Shown here: piece by piece, positions 52,396 to 62,210 of the stretch
Layout: each line of letters starts with the position of its first letter
Position numbering within the stretch: the first letter of the stretch is position 1
DNA from: Hyphomicrobiales bacterium
GTDB taxonomy: Bacteria > Pseudomonadota > Alphaproteobacteria > Rhizobiales > JAJFHB01
Assembly (NCBI GenBank): GCA_021775755.1
Contig: JAJFHE010000036.1
Location: 52,198 to 116,197, forward strand
Length of the DNA stretch: 64,000 bases
Reading direction: 5' to 3'
Notes under the pieces: generated by a model
The model's input: the letters and a program-made list of their open reading frames with translations, nothing else
Told to the model about the DNA's origin: nothing
Database searches by the model: none
Position numbers and translations under genes: made by a program

Positions 52396-54525
52396 ATGAA
52401 CGAACACTCCGCCTCAACCGCTTCCGCCACACCCTTGCTGTCGCTCTCGGCGGTGGTGCTCGATACGGAAACGACCGGCCTCGACACGACGGCGGCACGC
52501 ATCATTCAGATCGGTGCCGTCCACATAGACAGCGGCCGGTTGAGCGATGCGACGTTCGAACAGTTCGTCGATCCCGGCCTGCCGATCCCACCGGAATCGA
52601 CGCGCATTCACCACATCGAAGATGCAGACGTTGTCGGCGCATCGGGGTTCGCGACGGTCTATGACGCATATCGGGCCTGGGCAGGCGGGCGGGTCCTCAT
52701 CGGCTATTCGATCGGGTTCGACCTGGCGATGTTCAAGGCCGAGCATCAACGTCTCGGCACGGCGTGGCAGGCGCCGCGCTCGCTCGATGTGCGTCATCTG
52801 GCACAGCTGGTTTCGCCGCAGTTACCCGACATGGCGCTCGACACGGTCGCGCACTGGCTCGGCATCGAAGTCACCGACCGGCATCGCGCCCTCGGCGACG
52901 CGCTGGTTACGGCGAAGGTGTTTCTGGCGCTCGTGCCGCTGTTGCGCAAGAAGGGGATACTGACCCTCGCGGAGGTCGAAAATGCCTGTGGAAAACTCAC
53001 CCAGCAAAAGGCCACGGAGAGCGAGGCAGGCTGGATCGAGGTCGTGCGAAGTGCGGAGATCACACCCGATTCGGTAACCGCGCTGGCCCGCGTCGACAGT
53101 TATCCCTACCGCCACAGGGTGCGCGATGTCATGAACGCGCCGGCAAAGGTGATCCCGGCCGACATGACGGTACGCGATGTGCTGGCGCTTCTCATGCGCG
53201 ATCACGTCAGCTCGGTTTTCGTTCTACCAGGCGCTAAAGGCGGTGTGCCGGGCATCATTACCGAGCGCGACATCCTGCGTGCGATCAATGCCAAAGAAAC
53301 AGGCGCGCTTGCGCTCACGGCCGACGAGCTCGCCATTCGCCCGCTCAAGACGATCGGCGAGGATGAGTATGTCTATCGCGCCATCGGCCGCATGAACACA
53401 GGCGGGTTCCGGCATCTCGGCGTCAGCGGAGCGGATGGCACTCTCACCGGCGCCTTGAGCGCCCGCGATCTTTTGCGCCAGCGCGCAGGCGATGCGATCT
53501 CGCTCGACGATGAGATTGAACGCGCCGAGAGTCCGGAAGAGCTCGGCCTCATATGGACCAAGCTGACGCTTGTGGCGCGCGGGCTCGCCTATGAAGAAGT
53601 GGACCCGCGCGACATCGCGACGATTATCTCGCGCGAATTGCGGGCGCTGACGCGCCAGGCCTGCCGGATCGCGGAAAGCGAGATGGAAGCGCAGGGCAAA
53701 GGCGGGCCGCCCGTGCCTTATGCCATGCTCGTGCTGGGATCGGGCGGCCGCGGCGAAAGCCTGCTCGCCATGGACCAGGACAACGCCATCATATTCGCTA
53801 CCGGAGAACCGGGCGGCCCTGAGGATTTGTGGTTTGAGGCGCTTGGAAAGCGCGTCGCCGACATACTCGACATGGTCGGCGTGCAGTACTGCAAGGGCGG
53901 TATCATGGCGTCCAACGCGGAATGGCGCATGTCGGTCAAGAACTGGCGGACCATGGTGGCCGGCTGGATCCACCGTTCCAGGCCGAAGGACATCCTGAAC
54001 ACCGATATATTCTTCGACTGCGCGCCCGTGCATGGCGCAACCGAACTCGGCGACAAACTGCGTGTCGATGCGCTTGACGTCGCGGCGCAGTCCTCCAACT
54101 TCCTGCATCTCATGTCGCAAAATGCCGCCGATGTGCATCCACCCCTCGGGTGGTTCGGACGTTTCCGCCTTGAAGACGGGCGCATGGATCTTAAGAAGGG
54201 TGGCATCATGCCGATCTTTTCATCGGCACGCGTGCTGGCCCTCAAACATCGGATAGAGGCACGCGCCACGCCGGAGCGGCTGGAGACGGCGCGTTCTCTG
54301 CTCGATGAAGAGCGCCATCTCATTACGCCGCTGATCGACGCCCACCGGGTTCTGCTCGGCGCCATCCTGAAACAGCAACTGCTCGATCTTGAGCAGGGAA
54401 CGGCGCTGTCGAATTCGGTTTCGCCGAAAGAATTCTCAGCCTCCGAGCGCGACAGCCTGAAATGGGCGGTGGAACAGATCCGCGCCGTGCCAAACCTTCT
54501 GGGTGATCCCGTGCTCTTGTCCTGA
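52396..54525 (+). CDS. Fusion of a DEDDh 3'-5' exonuclease, a CBS pair and a DUF294 nucleotidyltransferase with its C-terminal domain
   Basis: LDTETTGL, GFDLAMF, HRALGDA (DEDDh); GIITERDIL and GALSARDLL (CBS); LGSGGRGESLLAMDQDN and CKGGIMASN (GlnD/GlnE-like NTase). Confidence 0.9.
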   Translation: MNEHSASTASATPLLSLSAVVLDTETTGLDTTAARIIQIGAVHIDSGRLSDATFEQFVDPGLPIPPESTRIHHIEDADVVGASGFATVYDAYRAWAGGRVLIGYSIGFDLAMFKAEHQRLGTAWQAPRSLDVRHLAQLVSPQLPDMALDTVAHWLGIEVTDRHRALGDALVTAKVFLALVPLLRKKGILTLAEVENACGKLTQQKATESEAGWIEVVRSAEITPDSVTALARVDSYPYRHRVRDVMNAPAKVIPADMTVRDVLALLMRDHVSSVFVLPGAKGGVPGIITERDILRAINAKETGALALTADELAIRPLKTIGEDEYVYRAIGRMNTGGFRHLGVSGADGTLTGALSARDLLRQRAGDAISLDDEIERAESPEELGLIWTKLTLVARGLAYEEVDPRDIATIISRELRALTRQACRIAESEMEAQGKGGPPVPYAMLVLGSGGRGESLLAMDQDNAIIFATGEPGGPEDLWFEALGKRVADILDMVGVQYCKGGIMASNAEWRMSVKNWRTMVAGWIHRSRPKDILNTDIFFDCAPVHGATELGDKLRVDALDVAAQSSNFLHLMSQNAADVHPPLGWFGRFRLEDGRMDLKKGGIMPIFSSARVLALKHRIEARATPERLETARSLLDEERHLITPLIDAHRVLLGAILKQQLLDLEQGTALSNSVSPKEFSASERDSLKWAVEQIRAVPNLLGDPVLLS

Positions 54526-54543
54526 AGGCACGATTGCCGCTGG

Positions 54544-56796
54544 TCAGAATGACCGCCGCCGGTCGAACAGCACCAGCAGCGGCGGCAGCAGGAACAGAAC
54601 GGCGCCGAGGGCGGCGAACAGTACCAGCAGGGTCAAAATCCCAAGATCCCGGTTTACCAAGAAACCGGAAAAGGCAAGTGCGGCAAAGCCGCTGGCTATC
54701 GACAGCGTGCTGGCGGTCACCGCGACGCCGACCGTGCGGAAACTCTCGGGAACCGCTTTTGTGACCGGCAGGCCGCTTACCGACCGCAAGCGGTTGTACT
54801 TTGCGAGCATGTGAACCGTGTCGTCGACGACAATCCCGAATGTCATTGCCATCACCACGGTTGCCGCAAAACTTACTTCGCCGGCAAACAACCCCCACAG
54901 GCCGTAAGCGACGAGCATAGGAATGAGGTTCGGTACCAGGCTGACAATGCCTAGCCGCAGGCTTCTCAGGGCACCGAGCAGGATTGCCGAGACGAGTGCC
55001 AGCGCCACGAGGGTTCCATAGAGCATGCCTCGCGCGTTGCGTTGCGAGAGATTGGCGCCCAGCAACGGCATGCCTGCCGCCCGCGCGGCAATGGCCGGTT
55101 CATTGTCGCGCAGCCAGACGTTGGCTCGGTCGGCGAAATCGCGGGTGGCGCGGGAGCCGACACTGCGCAGCACGACGCTCATGAGCGTGAAATCGCCGGC
55201 AACGCTTAAGTAGCGGTCCGGCGTGCCGCTTGCGCCGACATGGTCACGATAGGCCCGCAGAAGATGCCCGCCCGCTCCGAACGAGGCCGGCAGTCCGTTG
55301 TCGCTGGGGATGCGCGGGTCGGCGGCGAGAATGCCTTTCGCCTGAGTTGCGAAGTCGCTCACACGGTCGACATCGTCCTGTGCCCGTAGCCATGTGGCGA
55401 AGCGGTCGACTGAAGCGAGATAGACCGGATCGCCGGCACCGTCGCGGATGCCCGCCGGCAGGGAAAACCCCAGCACTGTCAGCCCCGTGAACCGTTCCTC
55501 CATGAAATCGGTGTCGCCGCGGAATTCGAAACGATCGGAGAAGTAGTGAGCAAAACGGTCGTCGAATACGAGCTGTGTCGCGCCAAGTCCGGTGCCCGCG
55601 CTTACGAGGAGCAGGATGATCGCCAGTGCTTTGTGGTGGGAGACGACGGACGCGCCGAGCCGAGCCATGGCGTTCTCGGCACCGACGCGCGAACGCGCCG
55701 GGCGCGTCGGCAGGGAGATGACCAGTACCGGCAGCAGCGTAAACGCCAGAATGCCGGTCACGACAAGACCAAGGGCGACCAGGTTGCCAAGCTCGCGGAA
55801 CGGCGGTGAGTCTGAGAAGTTCAGGCACAGAAACGACGCCACCGTGCTGAACACCGCCAGGAACACCGGAAAGGCGTTCACTCTGATGGCATAGGCAAAA
55901 GACGTAATGCGGCCGTGCCCGAGGCGCAGGGTCTGCTGCCAACTTGTCAGAATGTGAATGCATGTCGCAACCGCAAGGCCGAGCAGGATCATCGGCGTCG
56001 CGCTCGTCACGCCGTTCAACTGATACCCGAGCCATCCCGCGACACCCATGGTGATGGCGATTGCGAGGCCGAGAACGATCAAGAGCGACAACGTCGTCCA
56101 GAAACAGCGCAGACAGATCAGCAGCAGAACGCAAATGGCCAACCCCTGAAGCGGTGCAAGCCAGGTCATGTCCTGCAGGATCGCTTCCATGAATGTCGCG
56201 TCCATGACCGCATCGCCCGACATACGGAAGGTAATGCCGGGATCGGAGTTGCGAAGCTCATCGACCTCGTTGCGGACATCGCGGACGATGTCGAGCAATT
56301 CGCCGGCAAGCGGGTCGGCGAGAAGATGGATCGCCGCGACGGTGCCGTCCGCCGACACGAAGGCTCCGAACGGCTCGTGATCCCATTGCCATAACTCACG
56401 CAAAAACTGCGCGTCGCCACTAGCGGTTTGCGGGCTTATGGCACCGGGTGAGGGCAAAACGGCGGCGTTGACGAGCGAACGCGCATCGGCAATGCCGGCG
56501 ACCTCGCCGAGACGGGCCGAGGTGCGTGCCAGCGCGCTCAGAATTTCAGGGGTGAACACGTCGCCGCTTTCGGCCACCAGCATAATGACGATATTGCCGT
56601 AACGTCCGTGGCGGGCCTCTAGCTCCTCAAGCGCCACACGGTCGGGGTTCTCGCTGCTGAAATAACTGCGCGCGTCCGGGTCAAACTCGAGGCGTACCGC
56701 GCCCATGGCGACCGCGACACCCATGCCGATCAGCAGAACAATAACCAGCCAGCGCATGCGCACCAGCGCCGCAACGGTGGTTTCGAGTGAGATCAT
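54544..56796 (-). CDS. MMPL/RND family transporter
   Basis: Two repeats of a TM-large loop-TM bundle; second repeat GIVVDDTVH, VPNLIP, GFAALAFSGF. Confidence 0.88.
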   Translation of the reverse strand: MISLETTVAALVRMRWLVIVLLIGMGVAVAMGAVRLEFDPDARSYFSSENPDRVALEELEARHGRYGNIVIMLVAESGDVFTPEILSALARTSARLGEVAGIADARSLVNAAVLPSPGAISPQTASGDAQFLRELWQWDHEPFGAFVSADGTVAAIHLLADPLAGELLDIVRDVRNEVDELRNSDPGITFRMSGDAVMDATFMEAILQDMTWLAPLQGLAICVLLLICLRCFWTTLSLLIVLGLAIAITMGVAGWLGYQLNGVTSATPMILLGLAVATCIHILTSWQQTLRLGHGRITSFAYAIRVNAFPVFLAVFSTVASFLCLNFSDSPPFRELGNLVALGLVVTGILAFTLLPVLVISLPTRPARSRVGAENAMARLGASVVSHHKALAIILLLVSAGTGLGATQLVFDDRFAHYFSDRFEFRGDTDFMEERFTGLTVLGFSLPAGIRDGAGDPVYLASVDRFATWLRAQDDVDRVSDFATQAKGILAADPRIPSDNGLPASFGAGGHLLRAYRDHVGASGTPDRYLSVAGDFTLMSVVLRSVGSRATRDFADRANVWLRDNEPAIAARAAGMPLLGANLSQRNARGMLYGTLVALALVSAILLGALRSLRLGIVSLVPNLIPMLVAYGLWGLFAGEVSFAATVVMAMTFGIVVDDTVHMLAKYNRLRSVSGLPVTKAVPESFRTVGVAVTASTLSIASGFAALAFSGFLVNRDLGILTLLVLFAALGAVLFLLPPLLVLFDRRRSF

Positions 56797-57094
56797 CGGA
56801 TGTGAACTCTGTTGTCTTCCGGGAAAGTCCGGTTCCGAAGCGGCGAACGGATCTGCATGCGGATATCTTCTTGCTGCGTTCGGGAGGTACTACCCGATCA
56901 CCGTCACGAAAAAAAGGGTGGCTGCGAAACGACCGGCCGGCATTGCGCGCGGTCGCGTTGTTCAGCCGCTGAATAGCACGCGTCAAAAATGAGAGCCTTT
57001 TCGTCGGCCAAGATTGCGCATAGAGTATCGCCAGTGGGGTGCAAACAAAAAGTACAAACCCGTGCTGCGGCACGGAAACAGGGGTTGGGTTCGA

Positions 57095-58372
57095 ATGAAA
57101 TCCGTAGTCAGGACGGCGGGCGTTACGCTCGCGTTTTTCATTGTGTCAGGTGTTGCGGTTCAAACTGCGGACGCAGCGGGCTTTTACGTGCGCGAGCAAT
57201 CCACGGCTGCCATGTCGACCGGGTTTGCCGGCAGCGCATCACGCGGCGACAATTCGAGCTTCCTGTTTTACAACCCCGCGGCGATTATCCTGAACGACAG
57301 CATTGACGTCACCGGCGATTTCAAACTGTTCGTCCCGTCGCTTGACATTACCGGCAGCGCGGCGACGCGTCCCGCGTTTCCTCAGGGAACAGGGGCACCG
57401 GTGGTCGGCGAAACCAATACCGGGGAGATGACCGGCGCGGCAATCGCGCCGACATTTTTTGCAAGTTACGCCATCACCGAAGACCTTCGCGTCGGCATCG
57501 GCGGCAGCGGCCCGTTCGCCGCCCTGGTCGACGCGGACGATCCCTGGGTCGGCCGATTCCAGGTCACGGAAACCTCATACCGCACCTACAATTTCAATCC
57601 CGTGATGGCCTACCGCATCAATGAGATGCTGACCGTCGGCGCCGGCGTTCAGGTGCAGTATTTCGAAGCCGACATGCGCAACTCCCAAGCCCTGCCGCCG
57701 CCGTTCGGCCCATTCGAGGGCGAAGGCTTCCTGCAAGGCAACGACTGGGGCTTCGGATTCACTGCCGGATTGTTGTTTCAACCGAGCGAAGACACCACCA
57801 TCGGCATCGGCTACCGCTCTCGGATCGAACATGATCTGAGCGGCAAGGCCGGCGTCAACTCGCCGGCACCCGGGCCAAACCTCAGCGTCGACTTCGACAT
57901 CGACACGCCCGATGTCGTGACCGCAAGCATTTCGCACCGCTTGAACGAATATGTGGAATTTCACGCCACTTTCGAATGGGTCAACTGGAGCCTGTTCGAC
58001 GACATTACCGTGAAGTTCGATGCCGGCCTGCCGAGCGATGTGCGCCCGCAGAACTGGAAAGACGTCTATTCGGGCTTCTTCGGTGTGAGCTACATGGCTA
58101 GCGAGCAGATCACACTCAACCTCGGTGGCGGCTTTACCTCGTCAACGGGCGATGGAACCGGCAGCGCCATCCTCCCCGACGGCGAGCGCTATACGGTGGC
58201 GGTGGGTGTGTCGCACGCGATGAGCGAGCACATTACGTTTAATGCGAGTTATGCCCATGTGTTCTTCGACATTCCGACACTCACGCCGGGCTCCATTCCT
58301 GCGGGCACACTGGTGGGCGATGCCGATCTCGACCTCGACATCATCTCGTTGAGTGTAACCGGGCACTGGTAA
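57095..58372 (+). CDS. FadL/OmpP1/TodX outer-membrane transporter for hydrophobic compounds
   Basis: Signal peptide, AGFYVREQSTAAMSTGFAG hatch, YNPAA, GIGYRSRI, C-terminal aromatic residue (W). Confidence 0.92.
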   Translation: MKSVVRTAGVTLAFFIVSGVAVQTADAAGFYVREQSTAAMSTGFAGSASRGDNSSFLFYNPAAIILNDSIDVTGDFKLFVPSLDITGSAATRPAFPQGTGAPVVGETNTGEMTGAAIAPTFFASYAITEDLRVGIGGSGPFAALVDADDPWVGRFQVTETSYRTYNFNPVMAYRINEMLTVGAGVQVQYFEADMRNSQALPPPFGPFEGEGFLQGNDWGFGFTAGLLFQPSEDTTIGIGYRSRIEHDLSGKAGVNSPAPGPNLSVDFDIDTPDVVTASISHRLNEYVEFHATFEWVNWSLFDDITVKFDAGLPSDVRPQNWKDVYSGFFGVSYMASEQITLNLGGGFTSSTGDGTGSAILPDGERYTVAVGVSHAMSEHITFNASYAHVFFDIPTLTPGSIPAGTLVGDADLDLDIISLSVTGHW

Positions 58373-58467
58373 GCCGCCTCACAGTCGCCAAGTTTAGGGA
58401 CAAACTGGCCGCCTGACCCCTTCATGGAGGACGGCCTATGAGCGGATATGCCCTGAATACAAGTGCA

Positions 58468-59085
58468 ATGCGCGCTTTCGCCCGTATTGCCGCGGTCTTG
58501 GTTTGCACCCTGGCACTGAGCGCCTGCGTGGTTGAGACCGCAACTTATCTGTCGCAACCGGGCGATCACGACATCGATGCGCGTCTGTTCGGCGCGTGGA
58601 CAGTGCCCGACGACAATGAAAACCGGTTCGGTTTCATCGCCGTGCAGCCCGACAGCGACGGGACGGCGAAGCTTCTGAGCCTTGAGGTGTCGCAGGAGGA
58701 CAACGACACCGGGCAGTCGTTCGACTGGAATACCGCGCGCATGTGGACGACCGAGATCGATGGTGCGAGCTACATCAACTTCACCAGCGAGGAAGACAAC
58801 ATGGTCCTCGCCTACAGAATGCGCGGCGATGACGAAATCGAGATCGGCATCATGCAGACCAAACTCTGGCGAACCGCCATCGAGGACGGGCGCCTGGACG
58901 GCAAGGTCGAAAGCGGCACGTTCGGTGCAGATGTCACGGTAACGGCGCCGCGTGAGCAACTGCGGGCATTTTTGCGCGACAACGGCGGGCATGCCCTGTT
59001 TGAATTCGGCAGCGGCGATGAGGCATTCGTGCTGCACCGGTACCGCTTCAGCCTTCCGCAGGCGGAAGACCGTGCAGCGCAGTGA
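58468..59085 (+). CDS. Hypothetical lipoprotein
   Basis: MRAFARIAAVLVCTLALSAC lipobox (LSAC). Start could be 58438. Confidence 0.75.
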   Translation: MRAFARIAAVLVCTLALSACVVETATYLSQPGDHDIDARLFGAWTVPDDNENRFGFIAVQPDSDGTAKLLSLEVSQEDNDTGQSFDWNTARMWTTEIDGASYINFTSEEDNMVLAYRMRGDDEIEIGIMQTKLWRTAIEDGRLDGKVESGTFGADVTVTAPREQLRAFLRDNGGHALFEFGSGDEAFVLHRYRFSLPQAEDRAAQ

Positions 59086-59914
59086 TTTCGCCTATCACCT
59101 GCGGTGCACAGAGAATGTCGAAGTGGTGAAGGCCGGCCATCACCTTGCAGGTTGCGTCAAGCCCCCGTCCCTTCAGATAGTCCGCGTAGTCAATGCTTTG
59201 GCGCCTGAACTCTTCAGTTTCGAGTGCGCCAACGACGGCGCGGACGGGGCATCTGTTCCGCGGTGGTAGCTTTATGGGGCTCATCGTATTTGCCGTGTGA
59301 GCGGTAAGGCCAAGTGGTTCATTGATATAGGTGTGGCGTATTGGCTCCAGATCGTAGATGCCACTTATCAGGAGCATCGCCGAGACCGGCCACGGGCTGC
59401 CTTCGGGCCAGCCTTCCGACAACAGCATGGCGGCAAGATGCGCACCGGCACTGTGGCCCGACACGGTGAGATTGCCGGCATCCACACCGAGACCGCCAGC
59501 GTTCCCGGCTAGCCAGTCGAGCGCACCGGCGCATTCGATAACCATCTGCTCCAAGGGCGCTGCCGGCGCCAGCGTGTAGTTCACGACGGCGAGCGCGATC
59601 CCGCACTTGGTCAGGGCGCGCGCCATGACCGCGGACTCTTTATGGCTCAGTTCCTGCCAGTAGCCGCCATGAAGGAAGACGTGCAACGGTACGCGCTCTT
59701 GCGCTTCCGGCAAAAACAGATCGAGCTTTTGCGCAGGCCCGCCGCCATAGGCAATATCCTCGTGTATGCGGCATGCGGCGCGGGCACCGGCGCTCTCGGA
59801 CACATAGCGCGCAATCCAGGGATCGACGCCGCCTTCGATATGCAGGCTCGGCGAATATTCGCTCTCAAGATCGAAAGCCGAAAGTCCGCGATAGGCGGGA
59901 ACGGGATCAGCCAT
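59048..59914 (-). CDS. Alpha/beta hydrolase, probable kynurenine (aryl)formamidase
   Basis: HGGYWQ, GHSAGAHL nucleophile elbow, ISGIYDL, HHFDI; start overlaps the kynA stop. Confidence 0.8.
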   Translation of the reverse strand: MADPVPAYRGLSAFDLESEYSPSLHIEGGVDPWIARYVSESAGARAACRIHEDIAYGGGPAQKLDLFLPEAQERVPLHVFLHGGYWQELSHKESAVMARALTKCGIALAVVNYTLAPAAPLEQMVIECAGALDWLAGNAGGLGVDAGNLTVSGHSAGAHLAAMLLSEGWPEGSPWPVSAMLLISGIYDLEPIRHTYINEPLGLTAHTANTMSPIKLPPRNRCPVRAVVGALETEEFRRQSIDYADYLKGRGLDATCKVMAGLHHFDILCAPQVIGEITALHGLPPAEG

Positions 59915-60794
59915 CTTCCACGAGCACGTTTCGGACTTCATAGAGGTCGTGGAAAAACCGCAGGGACAGCGCCGCCTTCAGGTAACCGACGCCTGACGAT
60001 CCGCCGGTGCCGGTCTTGTGGCCAATGATGCGTTGCACCGTTGACATGTGATCGAAGCGCCAGCGTTGAAACAGACCCTCCACGTCCAGCAGTTTTTCTG
60101 CAAGGTCGTAAAGGTCCCAGTGCCTTGCGGGGTCGCTGTAAACTTCCGCCCAGATTGCCACGACGGCTTCGTCGCCGCCATAGGGCTGGGAAACGTCGCG
60201 GTTGAGCAACCGGTCGGGCACCGGCCACCCGTTTTGTTTGAGCATCACCAGAACAACATCGTAGAGCGCAGGTTCGCCGAGCGCCTGCTCGAGCCGCGCC
60301 GTCACGTCCGGATCGTGCCTGTGCATCTCGATGTGGTTGGCATCCTTGTTGCCAAGTGCAAATTCGACCAGGCGGTAGCCCCAGCTCTGGAAACCGGAGC
60401 CTGCGCCAAGTGCCTCGCGAAACGCCAGATAATCGGTCACCGTCATGGTTTGAAGCACCTGCCAGGCGCCGATCAGCTGCTGCAGGATTGCCTTGACCCG
60501 CGCGAGCGATTTGTGTGCGTCGTTGAGGTTGCCGGTCTTCAGGGCGCCGGCGATCTGCTGCAGCTCGAAATGCATGAGCTTGAGCCACATTTCGCAGACC
60601 TGATGGATCATGACGAACAGAAGTTCGTCGCGTTCGGGCGGATCCTGGAACGTCTCCTGCAGATCGAGCAGTTGGTCGAGTTTCAGAAAATCCGCGTAGG
60701 TCTGGCGTGTGCCGTCGCGGACAAACTGCGTCTTGATGCCGGCCTCGAGATCGCGTTTTAAAACGACAGCAGGATCGAGTGGTTCGTCGCTCAT
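59907..60794 (-). CDS. kynA: Tryptophan 2,3-dioxygenase
   Basis: TYADFLKLDQLL, ELLFVMIHQVCEMW, SGFQS, GHKTGTGGSSGVGYL. Confidence 0.96.
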   Translation of the reverse strand: MSDEPLDPAVVLKRDLEAGIKTQFVRDGTRQTYADFLKLDQLLDLQETFQDPPERDELLFVMIHQVCEMWLKLMHFELQQIAGALKTGNLNDAHKSLARVKAILQQLIGAWQVLQTMTVTDYLAFREALGAGSGFQSWGYRLVEFALGNKDANHIEMHRHDPDVTARLEQALGEPALYDVVLVMLKQNGWPVPDRLLNRDVSQPYGGDEAVVAIWAEVYSDPARHWDLYDLAEKLLDVEGLFQRWRFDHMSTVQRIIGHKTGTGGSSGVGYLKAALSLRFFHDLYEVRNVLVEDG

Positions 60795-60931
60795 ATTGCC
60801 CTCTTTTCAGACGCCCGCAATTTCATGCGGCATGGCGCATGGAATCGGTGCGTCTGAAACCTCTAAATGCACACCGCGCGCGACACAATCTGCTATAAGA
60901 GCGCGGTCCGAATAAGGATCAACCACGTTCC

Positions 60932-62179
60932 ATGACTGCCCTTGCTCAAACCGATGCCACCGCACTCGACGATGCGGATCCGCTCGCGGGCATCCGCGAC
61001 CTCTTCGTGTTGCGCGACGGCCTCATTTATCTCGACGGAAACTCGCTCGGGCCGGCGCCGAAATCCGCGTTCGCCGAAATCGAACAGGCGATGCGCGAGG
61101 AGTGGGGACACGACCTGATTACGAGTTGGAACAAGGCGGGCTGGTTTATGCTCACCGATACGCTCGGCGACAAGGTAGCCGGCCTGATCGGCGCCGAAAG
61201 TGGCGAGGTTGTTGTCTGCGACACGACATCGATCAACATCTACAAGGCCCTGCAGGCGGCGCTGTCGTTGCGGCCCGGGCGCAAGGTTATTGTCGCTGAG
61301 GGCGGCAGCTTCCCGACCGATCTCTACATCGCGCAAGGCGTGCAGGCATTTGCACCGGACACAAAACTGCGGCTGGAGGGCCGCGACGGCGGCACGCTGG
61401 AAGAGCTGATCGGCGACGACACCGCCGTCGTTCTTGTCAATCAGGTGGATTACCGTTCCGGAAGGCTGCGCGACATGGCGGCGGTAACGGCGCGTGCGCA
61501 TGCCTCGGGTGCGCTGGTTGTCTGGGACCTCTGCCATTCAGCGGGCATCATGCCGGTCGCGCTCAACGCCTCAAAGGCCGATCTTGCGGTCGGGTGCACG
61601 TATAAATATCTGAACGGCGGTCCGGGCGCGCCGGCCTTCATCTTCTGCGCAAAGCGCCATCAGGGCGAAATCCGCCAGCCGTTGTCGGGCTGGTGGGGCC
61701 ATCGTGTTCCCTTCGCATTCGATCCGGGTTTCGATGCGGATCCGGGCATTCGGAAATTCCTGTGCGGCACACAGCCGATCCTGTCGCTGCGCGCGCTGAA
61801 GGCGGGGCTCGAGCTGTTTGAAACCGTCGATCTGGACGCGGTACGGGCAAAGAGCATGCAGCTCACCGACCTTTTCATCCGCCTCATCGTAGAGCGCTGT
61901 GGCGGACACGGGATCGAACTTGCGAGCCCGCGCGATGCCGCCATGCGCGGTTCGCAGGTGGCACTGGCACACCCAGATGGCTATGCCATTATGCAGGCGC
62001 TTGCCGCACGCGACGTGATCGGCGACTTTCGTGCTCCCGACATCATGCGGTTCGGGTTCGCGCCGCTCTATATCCGTTTCTTGGATGTGTGGAATGCTGT
62101 AGAAATCCTGCGTGACGTGCTTGAGAGCGGCGTGTGGCGGGACGCACAATTTGCGCAGCGCGCCGCCACCGTCACCTGA
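60932..62179 (+). CDS. kynU: Kynureninase
   Basis: IYLDGNSLG, FPTDLY, WDLCHSAG, GCTYKYLNGGPG (PLP lysine), GDFRAPD. Confidence 0.96.
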   Translation: MTALAQTDATALDDADPLAGIRDLFVLRDGLIYLDGNSLGPAPKSAFAEIEQAMREEWGHDLITSWNKAGWFMLTDTLGDKVAGLIGAESGEVVVCDTTSINIYKALQAALSLRPGRKVIVAEGGSFPTDLYIAQGVQAFAPDTKLRLEGRDGGTLEELIGDDTAVVLVNQVDYRSGRLRDMAAVTARAHASGALVVWDLCHSAGIMPVALNASKADLAVGCTYKYLNGGPGAPAFIFCAKRHQGEIRQPLSGWWGHRVPFAFDPGFDADPGIRKFLCGTQPILSLRALKAGLELFETVDLDAVRAKSMQLTDLFIRLIVERCGGHGIELASPRDAAMRGSQVALAHPDGYAIMQALAARDVIGDFRAPDIMRFGFAPLYIRFLDVWNAVEILRDVLESGVWRDAQFAQRAATVT

Positions 62180-62210
62180 TAAAAGCAGACATACGGAGGG
62201 ATCCCGCGCA

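Noticed and set aside
59048-59914. Gene symbol kynB
   Set aside because: KynB is a metal-dependent cyclase-family protein; this is an alpha/beta hydrolase.
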